From assembly GCA_963745035.1 (NCBI GenBank), contig CAVUVW010000014.1:672001-736000 (forward strand): a stretch of 64,000 bases of DNA. Reading direction: 5' to 3'. Both the position numbers and the translations under genes were made by a program. Each line of letters opens with the position of its first letter. The first letter of the stretch is position 1. Of this stretch, positions 18,598-31,474 are shown piece after piece. The notes under the pieces are model-generated. The model was not told the DNA's origin. It worked only from the letters and a program-made list of their open reading frames with translations, and did no database searches. Source of the stretch: an uncultured delta proteobacterium (GTDB lineage: Bacteria > Desulfobacterota > Binatia > UBA9968).

Positions 18598-19695
18598 TCA
18601 GCCGCCCGCGGCCGCCGCTTTCTCCGCGTCTTTTTCCACCGCCAGCTTCTGCACTTCTTCCATCAACGCATCGACGATTTCGGCTTCAGGGACTTTGCGA
18701 ATGACTTGGCCACGCTTGAAGATGAGACCGATGCCCTTGCCGCCGGCGACGCCGAGGTCGGCGGCGCGCGCTTCGCCCGGGCCGTTGACTTCGCAGCCCA
18801 TCACCGCGACGTGAATATTGAGGTTGCTGTAAGGCAGCATTCGCTGTTCCACGGCCTCGGCCAAGCCGACGAGATCGACGTCGGCGCGCCCGCACGATGG
18901 GCAGGCGACGAAGGTGAGGCCTTCTTTTCTGAGCTTGAGCGCCTTGAGGATCTCGGTGCCGACCCGCACTTCCTCCACTGGATCGGCCGCGAGCGAGACG
19001 CGAATGGTATCGCCGATGCCCTCGGCAAGCAGCGTTCCCAGGCCCACCGCCGACTTGATCGTGCCGATCGACGGCGTGCCTGCTTCGGTCACGCCGAGAT
19101 GGAAGGGATAGTCCACCTTGTCGGCAAGCATGCGATAGGCTTCGATCATCATCAGCGGATCCGAGGCCTTGAGAGAAATCTTGATCTCCTGGTATCCGAC
19201 GTCTTCGAGGATATGAATATGGCGCAGCCCGCTTTCGACCATGCCGGCGGCGCTCGGCCCGTCGTATTTCTGCAGCAGATCTTTTTCCAAGGAACCGGCG
19301 TTGACGCCGATGCGGATCGGAATTTTCCGCTCGGCGGCGGCCTTCACCACCTCTTCGACGTACTTGCGCGCGCCGATGTTGCCCGGATTGAGCCGCAGGC
19401 CATCGACTCCTTGCTCGATGGCGAGCAACGCCAGCTTGTAATTGAAGTGGATGTCGGCGACCAGCGGGATGCGAATTTTTTTCTTGATCGCGCCGAGCTG
19501 CTCCGCCGCTTCGCGCACCGGCACCGCGCAGCGGACGATCTCGCAGCCGGCGGCCTCGAGGTCCCAGATCTGTTGCACCGTCGCGCGCGCGTCGCGCGTG
19601 TCGGTCTTGGTCATCGACTGGACCGTGATCGGCGCGTCGCCGCCGATCTGGACCTTGCCCAGTTGAATCTGCCGGGTTTTGCGTCGTTGAATCAC
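18598..19695 (-). CDS. ispG: 4-hydroxy-3-methylbut-2-en-1-yl diphosphate synthase
   Basis: 'VQSMT', 'ADIHF', 'RLNPGNIG', 'CPSCGR', 'MGCEVNGPGE'. Confidence 0.97.
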   Translation of the reverse strand: MIQRRKTRQIQLGKVQIGGDAPITVQSMTKTDTRDARATVQQIWDLEAAGCEIVRCAVPVREAAEQLGAIKKKIRIPLVADIHFNYKLALLAIEQGVDGLRLNPGNIGARKYVEEVVKAAAERKIPIRIGVNAGSLEKDLLQKYDGPSAAGMVESGLRHIHILEDVGYQEIKISLKASDPLMMIEAYRMLADKVDYPFHLGVTEAGTPSIGTIKSAVGLGTLLAEGIGDTIRVSLAADPVEEVRVGTEILKALKLRKEGLTFVACPSCGRADVDLVGLAEAVEQRMLPYSNLNIHVAVMGCEVNGPGEARAADLGVAGGKGIGLIFKRGQVIRKVPEAEIVDALMEEVQKLAVEKDAEKAAAAGG

Positions 19696-19701
19696 GCCTT
19701 C

Positions 19702-19730
19702 AATATAGAGAACGGCTGCTGGTGGGTCAA
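19702..19730 (-). promoter_or_regulatory. sigma70-type promoter, probably leaderless ispG
   Basis: TTGACC-17-TATATT ends 6 nt before the GTG start. Confidence 0.6.
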
Positions 19731-19763
19731 CAAAGATCGCCGGCAGCGCGGCGAAAGCACCGG

Positions 19764-20576
19764 CTAGTTGTCTTCATCGATTTCCGCGGGCGCGGACGCC
19801 GGCTCGGCTTTGCCGCCTTTGACCGGCGCTCTGGCGCCCGGCCGCTCGGCCGGCGCGTCGTCTTTCTTCCGGCGATCGCCTTCGGGGATGATCAGCAGCC
19901 GGCGGTACGCTCCCTGACCTAGGCTCTTGGTCGAAACCCAGGGATCATCCTGCAGCGCGGCGTGAATGATGCGGCGGTCGGCCGCGCTCAGGGCGTCCAC
20001 CGTGACGGTTTTTCTTTGCCGCTTGGCCTTTTCCCCCAGGCGCAGCGCCATGTCTTCGAGCGACCTGCGCCGCCGCTCGCGATAATTCTCAACGTCGACG
20101 ACGATATGCGGGCCTTCACCGCCCGGGCGCTCGCCGGCGATGCGCGTAACCAGATACTGCAACGCTTCCAGAGTCTGTCCCTTGCGGCCGATCAACAGGC
20201 CGCTGTTTTCCGCCTGGACCTCGAGAACGGTCTCGTCGCCTTGCGCCGAAGACTTTTGCCGCACCGTCGCTTTGACACCCATCAGCTCGAGAATATCTTC
20301 GAGGGTTTTCTGCGCTTTTCGAGCAAGCTCGGTCGCATCGACGGCTGCGGGCGTCGGCTGGGCCGATGACGGCGCCTTATCGGAACTTTTGGGAGGCAAA
20401 ACCGACTGTCTGAGCTCCGCGCGAATCCTGGCCTTTTGGGCGCCGAAGCCCAAAATTCCCTTGCGACCCTCGGTCACGACCTCGACGGTGATTTTCTCGC
20501 GCTCGACGCCGAGCAGTTTCAGGGCGTTCTCGATCGCCGCATCGATGGTATCGCCTTCGGTCTCCACGAAATCCAT
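19764..20576 (-). CDS. jag: RNA-binding protein Jag/KhpB/EloR
   Basis: Jag_N domain, KH 'LIGRKGQTLEALQ', R3H 'RRIIH'; follows yidC. Confidence 0.93.
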   Translation of the reverse strand: MDFVETEGDTIDAAIENALKLLGVEREKITVEVVTEGRKGILGFGAQKARIRAELRQSVLPPKSSDKAPSSAQPTPAAVDATELARKAQKTLEDILELMGVKATVRQKSSAQGDETVLEVQAENSGLLIGRKGQTLEALQYLVTRIAGERPGGEGPHIVVDVENYRERRRRSLEDMALRLGEKAKRQRKTVTVDALSAADRRIIHAALQDDPWVSTKSLGQGAYRRLLIIPEGDRRKKDDAPAERPGARAPVKGGKAEPASAPAEIDEDN

Positions 20577-20597
20577 AAATCCGGCCCTTCCCAGAGG

Positions 20598-22226
20598 CTA
20601 ATGTTCGTGGCGGTTGATCCAATATTGCTGGCCGATCGTGAGGATATTGTTCACCAGCCAGTATACAGTCAAGCCCGCGGGAAACGACACGAACATGAAG
20701 GTAAATATCAAGGGCATCAACATCATGATTTTTCGCTGATTCGGATCTCCGGCGCTCGGCGTCATCCATTGCTGGATGAACATGCTCGCGCCCATGAGAA
20801 TCGTCAGCACCGGGATGCCGAACTGCCAGCCGCCGACGGCCAGCGGCAGCGACTCCCAGTCCGGCCGGGAAAGGTCTTTGATCCACAAAAATGGCGCATG
20901 GCGCAATTCGATCGGCGTGCTGAGCGCGTTGTAGAGTCCGATGAAAACGGGAAACTGAAGAACCATCGGCAGGCAGCCGCCCAGCGGGTTGACCCCGTTG
21001 CGCCGGTAGAGCTCCATGATTTCTTTGTTGAGCTTTTCCTTGTCGCTGCCGTAGCGCTCTTTGAGCTTTTCCATCTGCGGCTGGAGCTTGGACATCTGTT
21101 TCATCGAAACAAAGCTCTTGTGCGTGAGCGGCGCCAACAACAATTTGATCAGCACCGTCAGCAGAATGATGTCCAGACCGTAGCTGCCCGTGAAGCGATG
21201 AAAAAAGTGCAGGACGTAGAGAAACGGGATCGAGGCGAAACCGAAGTAGCCGAAGTCGATGGCCCGCTCCAAATCTTTGCCCACCGCCTTCAGGATGTCG
21301 AGCTCTTTGGGGCCGATAAACAGCGTGAAGCGATCGCTCGAACCCGGCCCGCTTAACGCCGCGACCAGCGCCGTGCCGTTCTGCCCCACGGAGACTTTGT
21401 GATGGGCGCCATTTTCCGGCATCAACGCGAAGAAAAAATAGGTGTGGCCGAAGCCGGCCCAGGACACATCGCCGGTGAACACATGTCCTTTGGCCGCGTC
21501 CGCCGGCGCTTCGCGCCTGATCTTGTTGTCGACCAAAGCGATAAAACCCTCGAACGGCGCGTCGTAGTTGTGCACCGCGTGGTCCGCCTTTTCCGTGATG
21601 CGCAATTCGGGGACTGGCGCGGCGCCGGACGGCGCTTTGACCGAAAGCTCGAGCTGGATCGGGTAGGCGGAGCCGGAGAAAGTAAATGACTTGGTGATGA
21701 TCGCGCCGTCGGCGGTCTGAGCTTGGAACCGTAGGGTTCCTTGGGCTTCGCCGGTCAACTGAAGATCACCACTTTGCGCCGAGTAAACCAGTTCCGCGTC
21801 GTTAAACGGCTGCGGCGCTTGCCACGAAACTCCTAAAGGCAGCGGCACGCCCGGCGCGGCCTGCACCATCTCGAAGGGCGCGCTGTTGTCGGCCGCGGAG
21901 GCGCGATATTTTTTGAACTTGAAACTTTTCAGCCGCGCCCCTTTCGTCGTGAACAGGGCGACGTAGTTTTCGGTCTCGACTTTAAAGTCGCGCGCTGCCT
22001 GCTCGCCCGCGCTCTTTGCCGGAGCGGGTTGCAGCTCTGCGGCGGACTCGGGAACTTTCGTGTCCGAGGGAGCCTCGCTGGTTTTTGCCGGATCTCTTTC
22101 CGCCTTTTCCGTCGGCGGCGGCGTCGGAGGCGTGGATGGCGCAGGATAAAATCGTGAAACCACCTCCTGGTAGATCACCAGCACGAGAATCGACAGCGCG
22201 ATGCCGAGAATTGCCCTTTTGTCCAT
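20598..22226 (-). CDS. yidC: membrane protein insertase YidC
   Basis: 'NPLGGCLPMVLQFPVF', 'PAGLTVYWLVNN'. Confidence 0.97.
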   Translation of the reverse strand: MDKRAILGIALSILVLVIYQEVVSRFYPAPSTPPTPPPTEKAERDPAKTSEAPSDTKVPESAAELQPAPAKSAGEQAARDFKVETENYVALFTTKGARLKSFKFKKYRASAADNSAPFEMVQAAPGVPLPLGVSWQAPQPFNDAELVYSAQSGDLQLTGEAQGTLRFQAQTADGAIITKSFTFSGSAYPIQLELSVKAPSGAAPVPELRITEKADHAVHNYDAPFEGFIALVDNKIRREAPADAAKGHVFTGDVSWAGFGHTYFFFALMPENGAHHKVSVGQNGTALVAALSGPGSSDRFTLFIGPKELDILKAVGKDLERAIDFGYFGFASIPFLYVLHFFHRFTGSYGLDIILLTVLIKLLLAPLTHKSFVSMKQMSKLQPQMEKLKERYGSDKEKLNKEIMELYRRNGVNPLGGCLPMVLQFPVFIGLYNALSTPIELRHAPFLWIKDLSRPDWESLPLAVGGWQFGIPVLTILMGASMFIQQWMTPSAGDPNQRKIMMLMPLIFTFMFVSFPAGLTVYWLVNNILTIGQQYWINRHEH

Positions 22227-22237
22227 GGATTGAGAAT

Positions 22238-22459
22238 TTACTTCACTGGATCATATCCGCCGGGATGCCAGGGATGGCAGCGGCCGAGCCGGCCGCAACT
22301 GAATGCGATTCCCTTGAGAATGCCGTGTTTTCGAATGGCCTCTTCCGTGTAAGCCGAACAACTGGGATAAAAGCGGCAGGCGCGCGGCAGGAGGGGCGAC
22401 ACCACGGCGCGATAAGCGGACAATAGTCCGAGCGTGAGCGCGCGCATCATGTCGATCAC
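22238..22459 (-). CDS. yidD: membrane protein insertion efficiency factor YidD
   Basis: 'CRFYPSCSAY', 'RCHPWHPGGYDPV'. Confidence 0.95.
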   Translation of the reverse strand: MIDMMRALTLGLLSAYRAVVSPLLPRACRFYPSCSAYTEEAIRKHGILKGIAFSCGRLGRCHPWHPGGYDPVK

Positions 22460-22839
22460 GAGGCGCGGCGCAGCGATCGATCGGCAAACGCCCGTACGAG
22501 CTCACTTGCGACGGCACGCCCGGCAAGGCCCGCGGCACTCTTGCGCGCGATCACGAGAAAATCCGTGCCCGGCTGCCAATCCGCGCGCCGGCGGCGAAAG
22601 AACTCGCGCACTTGCCGCTTGATGCGATTGCGCGTGACGGAATTGCCGACTTTGCCGCTGACCGTGATCCCCAATCGACACTCCTGCCCGCCGTTCCCGC
22701 CGCTGATGACGACGAAATTCGTCGACTGAAGCTTGGCGCCCACCTGAGACAATTTTTGGAATTCCCGACGCTTGCGCAGCCGCGCCGTTTTCGGCAGCCG
22801 TTGCGAGCCTGTTAACGTCATTTCCTGGATAGGGATCAA
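22456..22839 (-). CDS. rnpA: ribonuclease P protein component
   Basis: '[21 protein letters not shown]'. Confidence 0.95.
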   Translation of the reverse strand: MIPIQEMTLTGSQRLPKTARLRKRREFQKLSQVGAKLQSTNFVVISGGNGGQECRLGITVSGKVGNSVTRNRIKRQVREFFRRRRADWQPGTDFLVIARKSAAGLAGRAVASELVRAFADRSLRRAS

Positions 22840-22997
22840 GTCCGCGCGCGTTTGGGCGGCACGCTGACGGTCAAGCGTTTGCGGCCTTTGGCGCGCCGCC
22901 GCTTAAGCACCTTGCGCCCGCCCGGAGTTTCCATGCGAGCCAGAAAACCATGGGTGCGCTTGCGCCGGATATTGCTCGGCTGATAGGTTCGTTTCAT
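22836..22997 (-). CDS. rpmH: 50S ribosomal protein L34 (not in the ORF track)
   Basis: Manual translation [53 protein letters not shown]. Confidence 0.97.
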   Translation of the reverse strand: MKRTYQPSNIRRKRTHGFLARMETPGGRKVLKRRRAKGRKRLTVSVPPKRART

Positions 22998-23071
22998 AGA
23001 GATACTGCTCCCTTAGGCCGCTTGTTCGGCCAAGTGTCTATATCAATCATACCGACCTGAGGTTGTCAATT

Positions 23072-24079
23072 TTAGCCCGCCTCGGCCTTCAATGAACGCA
23101 GCATCAAGTCTTGCACGGCATCAGCGGGCTTTTTTCCCCCGTACAACACCGCGTACATCTGATCGACGATCGGCATCTCCACCGCCAATTTTTTTGCAAG
23201 CGCATGAAGCGAACGGGTATTGCGCACGCCTTCGGCAATCATCCGCGTCGAGGCGGTAATTTCCCGCAGGCTCTTTCCCGCCGCGGTCTGCAAGCCGACG
23301 GCGCGGTTGCGGCTCAAATCGCCGGCGCAAGTCAGAACCAGATCGCCCAATCCGGGTAATCCCGCCAGGGTCAGCGGGTCGGCGCCCATGCGCACCGCCA
23401 AGCGCGTCATTTCGGCGAGCCCGCGAGTGACGAGCGCCGCGCGGGCGTTTTGCCCGAGCTGCAAGCCGTCGCTGATGCCGGCGGCGATGGCGATGACATT
23501 TTTTACCACCCCGCCGATCTGCACGCCGGTCACATCGGCGGACGTGTACACGCGCAGATTGCCGGTGCTGAGGGTCTGCTGCACCGAGCGCGCCACAGCG
23601 TCGTCGTAAGCGGCGACCGTAACCGCGGCAGGGAGCTGCCGGGCGACTTCCAGCGCGAACGTCGGACCGGAGAGAAAGGCGTGACGCGCCTTGCGCTCGG
23701 CGCCGAAAATATCGATGAAAAGCTCCGCCATGGTGCGCAGGCTCTCTTCTTCGAGTCCTTTGGTGCCGCAAAGAAGCGTTGTGTCCGCGCCGAGCTTGGA
23801 TGCGACCGGCGAGAGCACCGATCGCACCACATGCGACGGCAGGGCGCAGATCACCAGCGCTTTGTCGCCCACCGCGTCGTCCAGCGACCGAGTCGCTCGA
23901 ATGTTGTGTGGCAGTAAGACGCCGGGAAGGTAGGTTCGATTTTCTCTTTCCTCGCCGATGGCGCGAAAGCTGTCGTCGCCGTGGCACCACAGCGCGACGT
24001 TCTCGCCCTTGTCGGCGAGCAACTTCGCCAGCGCGGTGCCCCACCCGCCGGCGCCGATCACTCCGATCCTGGTAGTCAT
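23072..24079 (-). CDS. gpsA: NAD(P)H-dependent glycerol-3-phosphate dehydrogenase
   Basis: 'GAGGWGTALA', 'KNVIAIAAG', 'GLGDLVLTC..SRN'. Confidence 0.95.
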   Translation of the reverse strand: MTTRIGVIGAGGWGTALAKLLADKGENVALWCHGDDSFRAIGEERENRTYLPGVLLPHNIRATRSLDDAVGDKALVICALPSHVVRSVLSPVASKLGADTTLLCGTKGLEEESLRTMAELFIDIFGAERKARHAFLSGPTFALEVARQLPAAVTVAAYDDAVARSVQQTLSTGNLRVYTSADVTGVQIGGVVKNVIAIAAGISDGLQLGQNARAALVTRGLAEMTRLAVRMGADPLTLAGLPGLGDLVLTCAGDLSRNRAVGLQTAAGKSLREITASTRMIAEGVRNTRSLHALAKKLAVEMPIVDQMYAVLYGGKKPADAVQDLMLRSLKAEAG

Positions 24080-24137
24080 GACTTGATTGGGAATAGGGAA
24101 GCTGCGGCAGCGCGCGAGCGGCGCTGCCGGATGGCGA

Positions 24138-26603
24138 TTATTCTTCGCCCTTCTCTTCGATCTCGTCCTCTTCTTCCTTCTCCGCCAGGCGCGCCAGCGA
24201 GACCACCCGTTCGCCCTCTTCGAGCTCGATCAAACGCACGCCCTGGGTGTTGCGCCCGATCAGGCGAATGTCCTTGATGCGCAGGCGGATGATCTTGCCC
24301 CTGTTGGAGATCAGCATGAGCTGATCGTCTTCGCCGACCTGCTGCACCCCCGCCACGCGGCCGGTCTTGTCCGTGGTCTTCATCGTGATGATGCCCTTGC
24401 CGCCGCGCGACGTGAGGCGATACTCGTCCATCTCGGTGCGCTTGCCGTAGCCGCCTTCGGCCACCGTCAGGATGTCGCACCCGAGCGTGAGGATTTCCAT
24501 GCTGACGACTTTGTCCTCGGCCTCGAGCTTCATGCCGACCACCCCGAAGGTGCCGCGCCCGGTGGCGCGCACCTGCTCCTCTTTGAAGCGGATCGACTGG
24601 CCGTCGGCGGTGGACAGGATGATCTCCTGCCGCCCGTCGGTGAGGCGCACACCGATCACCTCATCGCCGGCTTCCAGGCCGATGGCGCGGATGCCGCTCG
24701 GCCGCGGATTGGCGTAGGCCATGAGCTCGGTCTTTTTAATCAGGCCGTTCTTGGTGGCGAAAACGATGTAGCGCCCGTCCACGAATTCCTTCACGGACAA
24801 AAACGCCGAAACCTTCTCGCCGGCCTCGAGCTTGAGCAGATTGACGATCGGCTTGCCGCGCGCGGCACGGCTCGCCTGGGGCAGCTCGTGGACTTTGATC
24901 CAGTAGACTTTCCCGATGGTGGTGAAAAACAGAATGTAGGAGTGCATCGACGCGATGAACAGGTACTCGACGAAGTCCTCTTCTTTTGTCGTCGTACCGA
25001 TCTTGCCTTTGCCGCCGCGCCGCTGCGCCCGGTAGAGACTTACAGGATTGCGCTTGATGTAGCCGTCATGAGAGATCGTCACCGCCATATCCTCATCGAC
25101 GATCATGTCCTCGACGGAAATGTCTTCCGAGCGATCGACGATCTGGGTGCGTCGCTCGTCGCCGTAGTTCTTTTTGATTTCCTGCAGCTCCGCGACGATG
25201 ATCTTGTAGATTTCTTTTTCGTCGGCGAGAATCGCGCGCAGCTTGGCGATCACCTCGAGAGTCTCGCGGTGCTCCTCCATGATTTTATCGCGCTCCAAGC
25301 CGGTCAGGCGCTGCAAGCGCAAATCCAAAATCGCCTGGGCCTGAACCTCGCTCAGGGCGAAACTCGCCATCAGGCCCTCTTTGGCGAGCCTCGGGTCAGC
25401 GGAGCCCCGAATCAGCGCGATCACCGCGTCGAGGTTGTCCAGCGCGATGCGGTAGCCCTCTAAAATATGCAGCCGCTCCTCGGCTTTGCGGAGATCGTAC
25501 GCGGTGCGGCGGGTGACGACCTCCTTGCGGTGCTCGATGAAGGCTTTGAGCGCTTCCTTGAGATTGAGCAGCTTCGGGCGGCCGTCGGCGATGGCGAGCA
25601 TGTTGACGCCGAAGGATTCCTGCAGTCCGGTGTGCTTGTAGAGCTGGTTGAGAATGATTTCCGCCACCGCGTCGCGCTTGAGCTCGATCACGATGCGCAT
25701 CCCTTCGCGGTCCGATTCGTCGCGAATGTCGCCGATGCCCTCGATCTTTTTTTCGTTCACCAGCTCGGCGATCTGCTCGATCAGCCGCTTCTTGTTCACC
25801 ATGTAGGGAATTTCGCTGATGATGATCTGCTCCCTGCCGGTGCGCTTGACGGTCTCGGTGAAGGCCTTGCCGCGCATCTGAATGATACCCTTGCCTTCAT
25901 TGTAAGCTTGAACGATCGCTTCCTTGCCGTGAATAAAGCCGGCCGTGGGAAAGTCCGGCCCCGGAATGTGCTGCATGAGCTGCGCGACCGTCATTTCGGG
26001 ATTTTCGATGAGCGCCACCAGCCCGTCGACGACTTCCGTCAAGTTATGCGGCGGGATATTGGTCGCCATGCCGACCGCGATGCCGGCCGCGCCGTTGATC
26101 AATAAATTCGGAATGCGCGACGGCAGCACCGCCGGCTCTTTGAGCGAGTCGTCGTAGTTCGGCAGAAAATCGACGGTTTCCTTCTCGATATCGGCGAGCA
26201 TCTCTTCGGCGAGCGGCGTCATGCGGATCTCGGTGTAGCGCATCGCTGCCGGATTATCGCCGTCGATGGAGCCGAAGTTGCCCTGGCCGTCGACCAGCGG
26301 GTAGCGCATGTTGAAATCCTGCGCCATGCGCACGATCGTGTCGTAGATCGCCGTGTCGCCGTGCGGATGATACTTACCCATGATGTCGCCGACCAGGCGA
26401 GCGGATTTTTTATACGCCCTGTCCGAGGTGTTGCCGGCGTCGTACATGGCGTAGAGCACGCGCCGGTGCACCGGCTTGAGCCCGTCGCGGACATCGGGCA
26501 GCGCGCGGCTGATGATCACGCTCATGGCGTAGGCCATGAACGATTCGCGCATCTCCTCTTCGATATAAACCGGTACTTTTTGCGGTTTGATGGTCGCTTC
26601 CAT
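24138..26603 (-). CDS. gyrA: DNA gyrase subunit A
   Basis: '[13 protein letters not shown]', 'YHPHGD', 'AAMRYTE', GyrA-box 'QRRGGKG'. Confidence 0.98.
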   Translation of the reverse strand: MEATIKPQKVPVYIEEEMRESFMAYAMSVIISRALPDVRDGLKPVHRRVLYAMYDAGNTSDRAYKKSARLVGDIMGKYHPHGDTAIYDTIVRMAQDFNMRYPLVDGQGNFGSIDGDNPAAMRYTEIRMTPLAEEMLADIEKETVDFLPNYDDSLKEPAVLPSRIPNLLINGAAGIAVGMATNIPPHNLTEVVDGLVALIENPEMTVAQLMQHIPGPDFPTAGFIHGKEAIVQAYNEGKGIIQMRGKAFTETVKRTGREQIIISEIPYMVNKKRLIEQIAELVNEKKIEGIGDIRDESDREGMRIVIELKRDAVAEIILNQLYKHTGLQESFGVNMLAIADGRPKLLNLKEALKAFIEHRKEVVTRRTAYDLRKAEERLHILEGYRIALDNLDAVIALIRGSADPRLAKEGLMASFALSEVQAQAILDLRLQRLTGLERDKIMEEHRETLEVIAKLRAILADEKEIYKIIVAELQEIKKNYGDERRTQIVDRSEDISVEDMIVDEDMAVTISHDGYIKRNPVSLYRAQRRGGKGKIGTTTKEEDFVEYLFIASMHSYILFFTTIGKVYWIKVHELPQASRAARGKPIVNLLKLEAGEKVSAFLSVKEFVDGRYIVFATKNGLIKKTELMAYANPRPSGIRAIGLEAGDEVIGVRLTDGRQEIILSTADGQSIRFKEEQVRATGRGTFGVVGMKLEAEDKVVSMEILTLGCDILTVAEGGYGKRTEMDEYRLTSRGGKGIITMKTTDKTGRVAGVQQVGEDDQLMLISNRGKIIRLRIKDIRLIGRNTQGVRLIELEEGERVVSLARLAEKEEEDEIEEKGEE

Positions 26604-26640
26604 GAATGATTCGCTCGTGCGAGTTGCTCGCGGGGTTCTC

Positions 26641-26687
26641 AGCGTTCAAACGACTTGAACGCTTGAACTATTGGAACGGCTTGGACG
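26641..26687. repeat. short TTG(G)AAC-type tandem/inverted repeat between gyrB and gyrA
   Basis: GTTCAA followed by TTGAAC, TTGAAC, TTGGAAC and TTGGAC at 8-10 nt spacing. Confidence 0.5.
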
Positions 26688-29162
<2,475 letters not shown>

Positions 29163-29187
29163 TTAGAAAGATTTAGCAACTTGGTAA

Positions 29188-29216
29188 ATAGTACCTGAAA
29201 CGAGCCCGAAAGTAAA
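29188..29216 (-). promoter_or_regulatory. sigma70-type promoter for gyrB
   Basis: TTTACT-17-TACTAT in an AT-rich intergenic region. Confidence 0.5.
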
Positions 29217-29329
29217 GCATAAAGAGTTTCTTAAGCAATTGAATTATAAGAGAAAAATAGCCAGTTTTCGGCCTTATTCCAAAACCGGGCCAAAATCGCC
29301 ATCTCAGCGTGCAGAGAGGTTGACAGCAT

Positions 29330-30052
29330 GTGATGCGTAGGCGAAAAGAATTGCCGTGCAAACTCGTGCTTGCCGCTTTCAAGTTTTTGACAATCTGGGG
29401 TTCCTTTGGCGCAAGGAGTCCGACGCCCGATACCATTGGCAGGGCGGCAGGATATTTTATTTATGTCGGTTTGCTTCTTGGCTTGCTGCTCGCGCTCGCG
29501 AATTACGTTCTGGCGTCCCACCTTGATGTGGGGATTCTCGGTCTGGTTCTCGTCGCGCTTTTGATTACAGCCACCGGCGCGCGCCATTTGAGCGGCCTGA
29601 AAGATAGTTTTACGGCGCTCGGTGGATTCGATGGAGAAGGGAACGAGGCTTTGGGTTTCGCGACCGTCGCTTTAGTCATTCTGTTCAAGAGCGCGGCAGC
29701 CGAAAGCATGGATGAAATCGCGACCCTAAGCTGGCTGCTCACACCGGTTTTGGCGCGCTGGGGCCTGGTGATTTTTCTCTACGGCTACCATACACGCTTT
29801 GACGAGACCGTCCGCCAAATTGCCGAGCATACAAATTTCGTTCCGGTGCTCGCAAGCACTACGGCAACGCTCGCGCTGTTGGCTTATTTTTTGGGCCGCA
29901 AGGGACTTTGGATCGCGCTCGCCGTGTCGATCTTCGCATTATCGCTGCGCGCGCTTTTCTTTAGGCGGCACGCGGTAGTCTCTCGGTCCAACCTCGGCGC
30001 CGTCGTCGAGCTCGGCGAAGCGCTGAGCCTCGTCTTATTGGCCTCCTTGTAA
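29330..30052 (+). CDS. CobS-like membrane protein with degenerate acidic motifs
   Basis: Colinear with CobS ('AAFKFLT', 'TGARHLSGLKD', 'PVLARW', 'GAVVELGE') but lacks most conserved Asp residues. Confidence 0.75.
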   Translation: MMRRRKELPCKLVLAAFKFLTIWGSFGARSPTPDTIGRAAGYFIYVGLLLGLLLALANYVLASHLDVGILGLVLVALLITATGARHLSGLKDSFTALGGFDGEGNEALGFATVALVILFKSAAAESMDEIATLSWLLTPVLARWGLVIFLYGYHTRFDETVRQIAEHTNFVPVLASTTATLALLAYFLGRKGLWIALAVSIFALSLRALFFRRHAVVSRSNLGAVVELGEALSLVLLASL

Positions 30053-30077
30053 ACCACAAGCGCCGTGCTCCGCCAAA

Positions 30078-30953
30078 ATGGAACTACTCAAACCTCTCTC
30101 TCCCGTCATTCCCGTCTTCTTGCTGATCGCGGTGGGCTTCCTGTTCGCTCAATGGAAAAAGATCAGCTTGAGCTCGGTGACTGAAATCGTCGTTTACCTG
30201 GGCACGCCCTCGCTGGTATTCGGCTCGCTCGCGAGCAAACCCCTTCATCCGGCCGATATCGGCGTGCTTTGCGCCGGCACCTTGCTGATCTTTGCCGGCG
30301 TCGGCCTGCTGATCCGCTTGTATTTCTTGTGCTTTCGCTTCAGCTCGCGCGGCTTCGCCCTGCCGGCTTTATTCATGAACGCCGGCAATATGGGCATTCC
30401 ACTGGCCTTGTTCGCTTTCGGCCAAGCCGGTTTTCAACGCGCGACCTTGATGTTCGTCATCATCACGTTTCTGCAATATTCGCTCGGGATCTACATCCTC
30501 AACGGCCGCAGCAACTGGACGGAAATTTTTCGCCTGCCGTTGATCTATGCCGCCTTGGCCGGTCTGTGCGTTAATTTGTCGCAAGTAAAGATTCCCGAGC
30601 TTCTGCTGCAACCGGTCACCATGCTCGGCCAGGCGATCATACCGATCATGCTCATCAGCTTGGGATACCGGCTGCGCCAGGTGGAGTCGCTGCAGCTCGG
30701 CCACGCGCTCGGCGGCGCGCTAGTGCGTATTCTCGGCGGCTTCGCCGCGGCGAGCATCGCGGTGTATTTGATCGGCGCCGAAGGCGTCAACCGCCAGGTT
30801 TTGTTGCTCTACGGCGCGCTTCCCGCGGCGGTCGTCAACTTCATCTTGACCGAAAAATATCGCCAGGATCCGGCGCTGGCGGCATCCATCGTCGTGCTCA
30901 GCACGTTTCTGTCGATATTCACGATACCGATCGCCCTTTGGTTAATTCTGTGA
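30078..30953 (+). CDS. AEC (auxin efflux carrier) family transporter
   Basis: 'PSLVF', 'NAGNMGIPL', 'PLIYA', 'LPAAV'; about 10 TM helices. Confidence 0.88.
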   Translation: MELLKPLSPVIPVFLLIAVGFLFAQWKKISLSSVTEIVVYLGTPSLVFGSLASKPLHPADIGVLCAGTLLIFAGVGLLIRLYFLCFRFSSRGFALPALFMNAGNMGIPLALFAFGQAGFQRATLMFVIITFLQYSLGIYILNGRSNWTEIFRLPLIYAALAGLCVNLSQVKIPELLLQPVTMLGQAIIPIMLISLGYRLRQVESLQLGHALGGALVRILGGFAAASIAVYLIGAEGVNRQVLLLYGALPAAVVNFILTEKYRQDPALAASIVVLSTFLSIFTIPIALWLIL

Positions 30954-31200
30954 AGTAATCGCCGCTTGGCCGTCGCCGACAACGCCGGGACGACCTTACG
31001 GCCGCAAGATCTACCGTGATTGGCGGCGATCTGATGAAGGAGAGTCGAAGTTGATTAAATCGAACAGGTAGAAATTTACAGGATAAAAGCAGCTCGAGAA
31101 GTCTGTTCTTCACGTCAATGAAACTTGGGGTCAGGAAGTTTGCGGCACATACCGTTCTGTCAGCGCAGATTCAAGTAACCAAGAGCGGCTCAAAGTTAGC

Positions 31201-31229
31201 TTGACAAGCTTTTTCGCGCATTATAGTTT
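31201..31229 (+). promoter_or_regulatory. sigma70 promoter of the B12 operon
   Basis: TTGACA-17-TAGTTT just upstream of riboswitch 1. Confidence 0.65.
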
Positions 31230-31245
31230 CCGCCTACAAATTTCA

Positions 31246-31403
31246 CGGCGTTAGGTTCAAAGGGAAGCCGGTGAAAATCCGGCACGGTCCCGCCACTGTG
31301 ATGGCTACGAAAGCCGCAACTAGCCACTGTCCTGAGTTAAAGCTAGGGATGGGAAGGCGCGGCGAGTAGAAAAAAGCCTGAGTCAGGAAACCTGCCTAGC
31401 GCG
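31246..31403 (+). ncRNA. cobalamin riboswitch 1
   Basis: AGGGAA-GCCGGTGAAAATCCGGC-ACGGTCCCGCCACTGT...GCCACTG...GGGAAGGC...AGTCAGGAAACCTGCC (B12 box); closing helix GCGTTAGG/CCTAGCGC. Confidence 0.93.
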
Positions 31404-31474
31404 TTACGACCGGCCTCTCCGGAGAAGAGAGAAAGGTTTCCATATCTTTCCCACTCGGTTGAGGCCAATCGGCG

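Noticed and set aside
23035-23069. TTGACA upstream of rpmH as a defined promoter
   Set aside because: A good -35 is present but no -10 at canonical spacing could be assigned with confidence.
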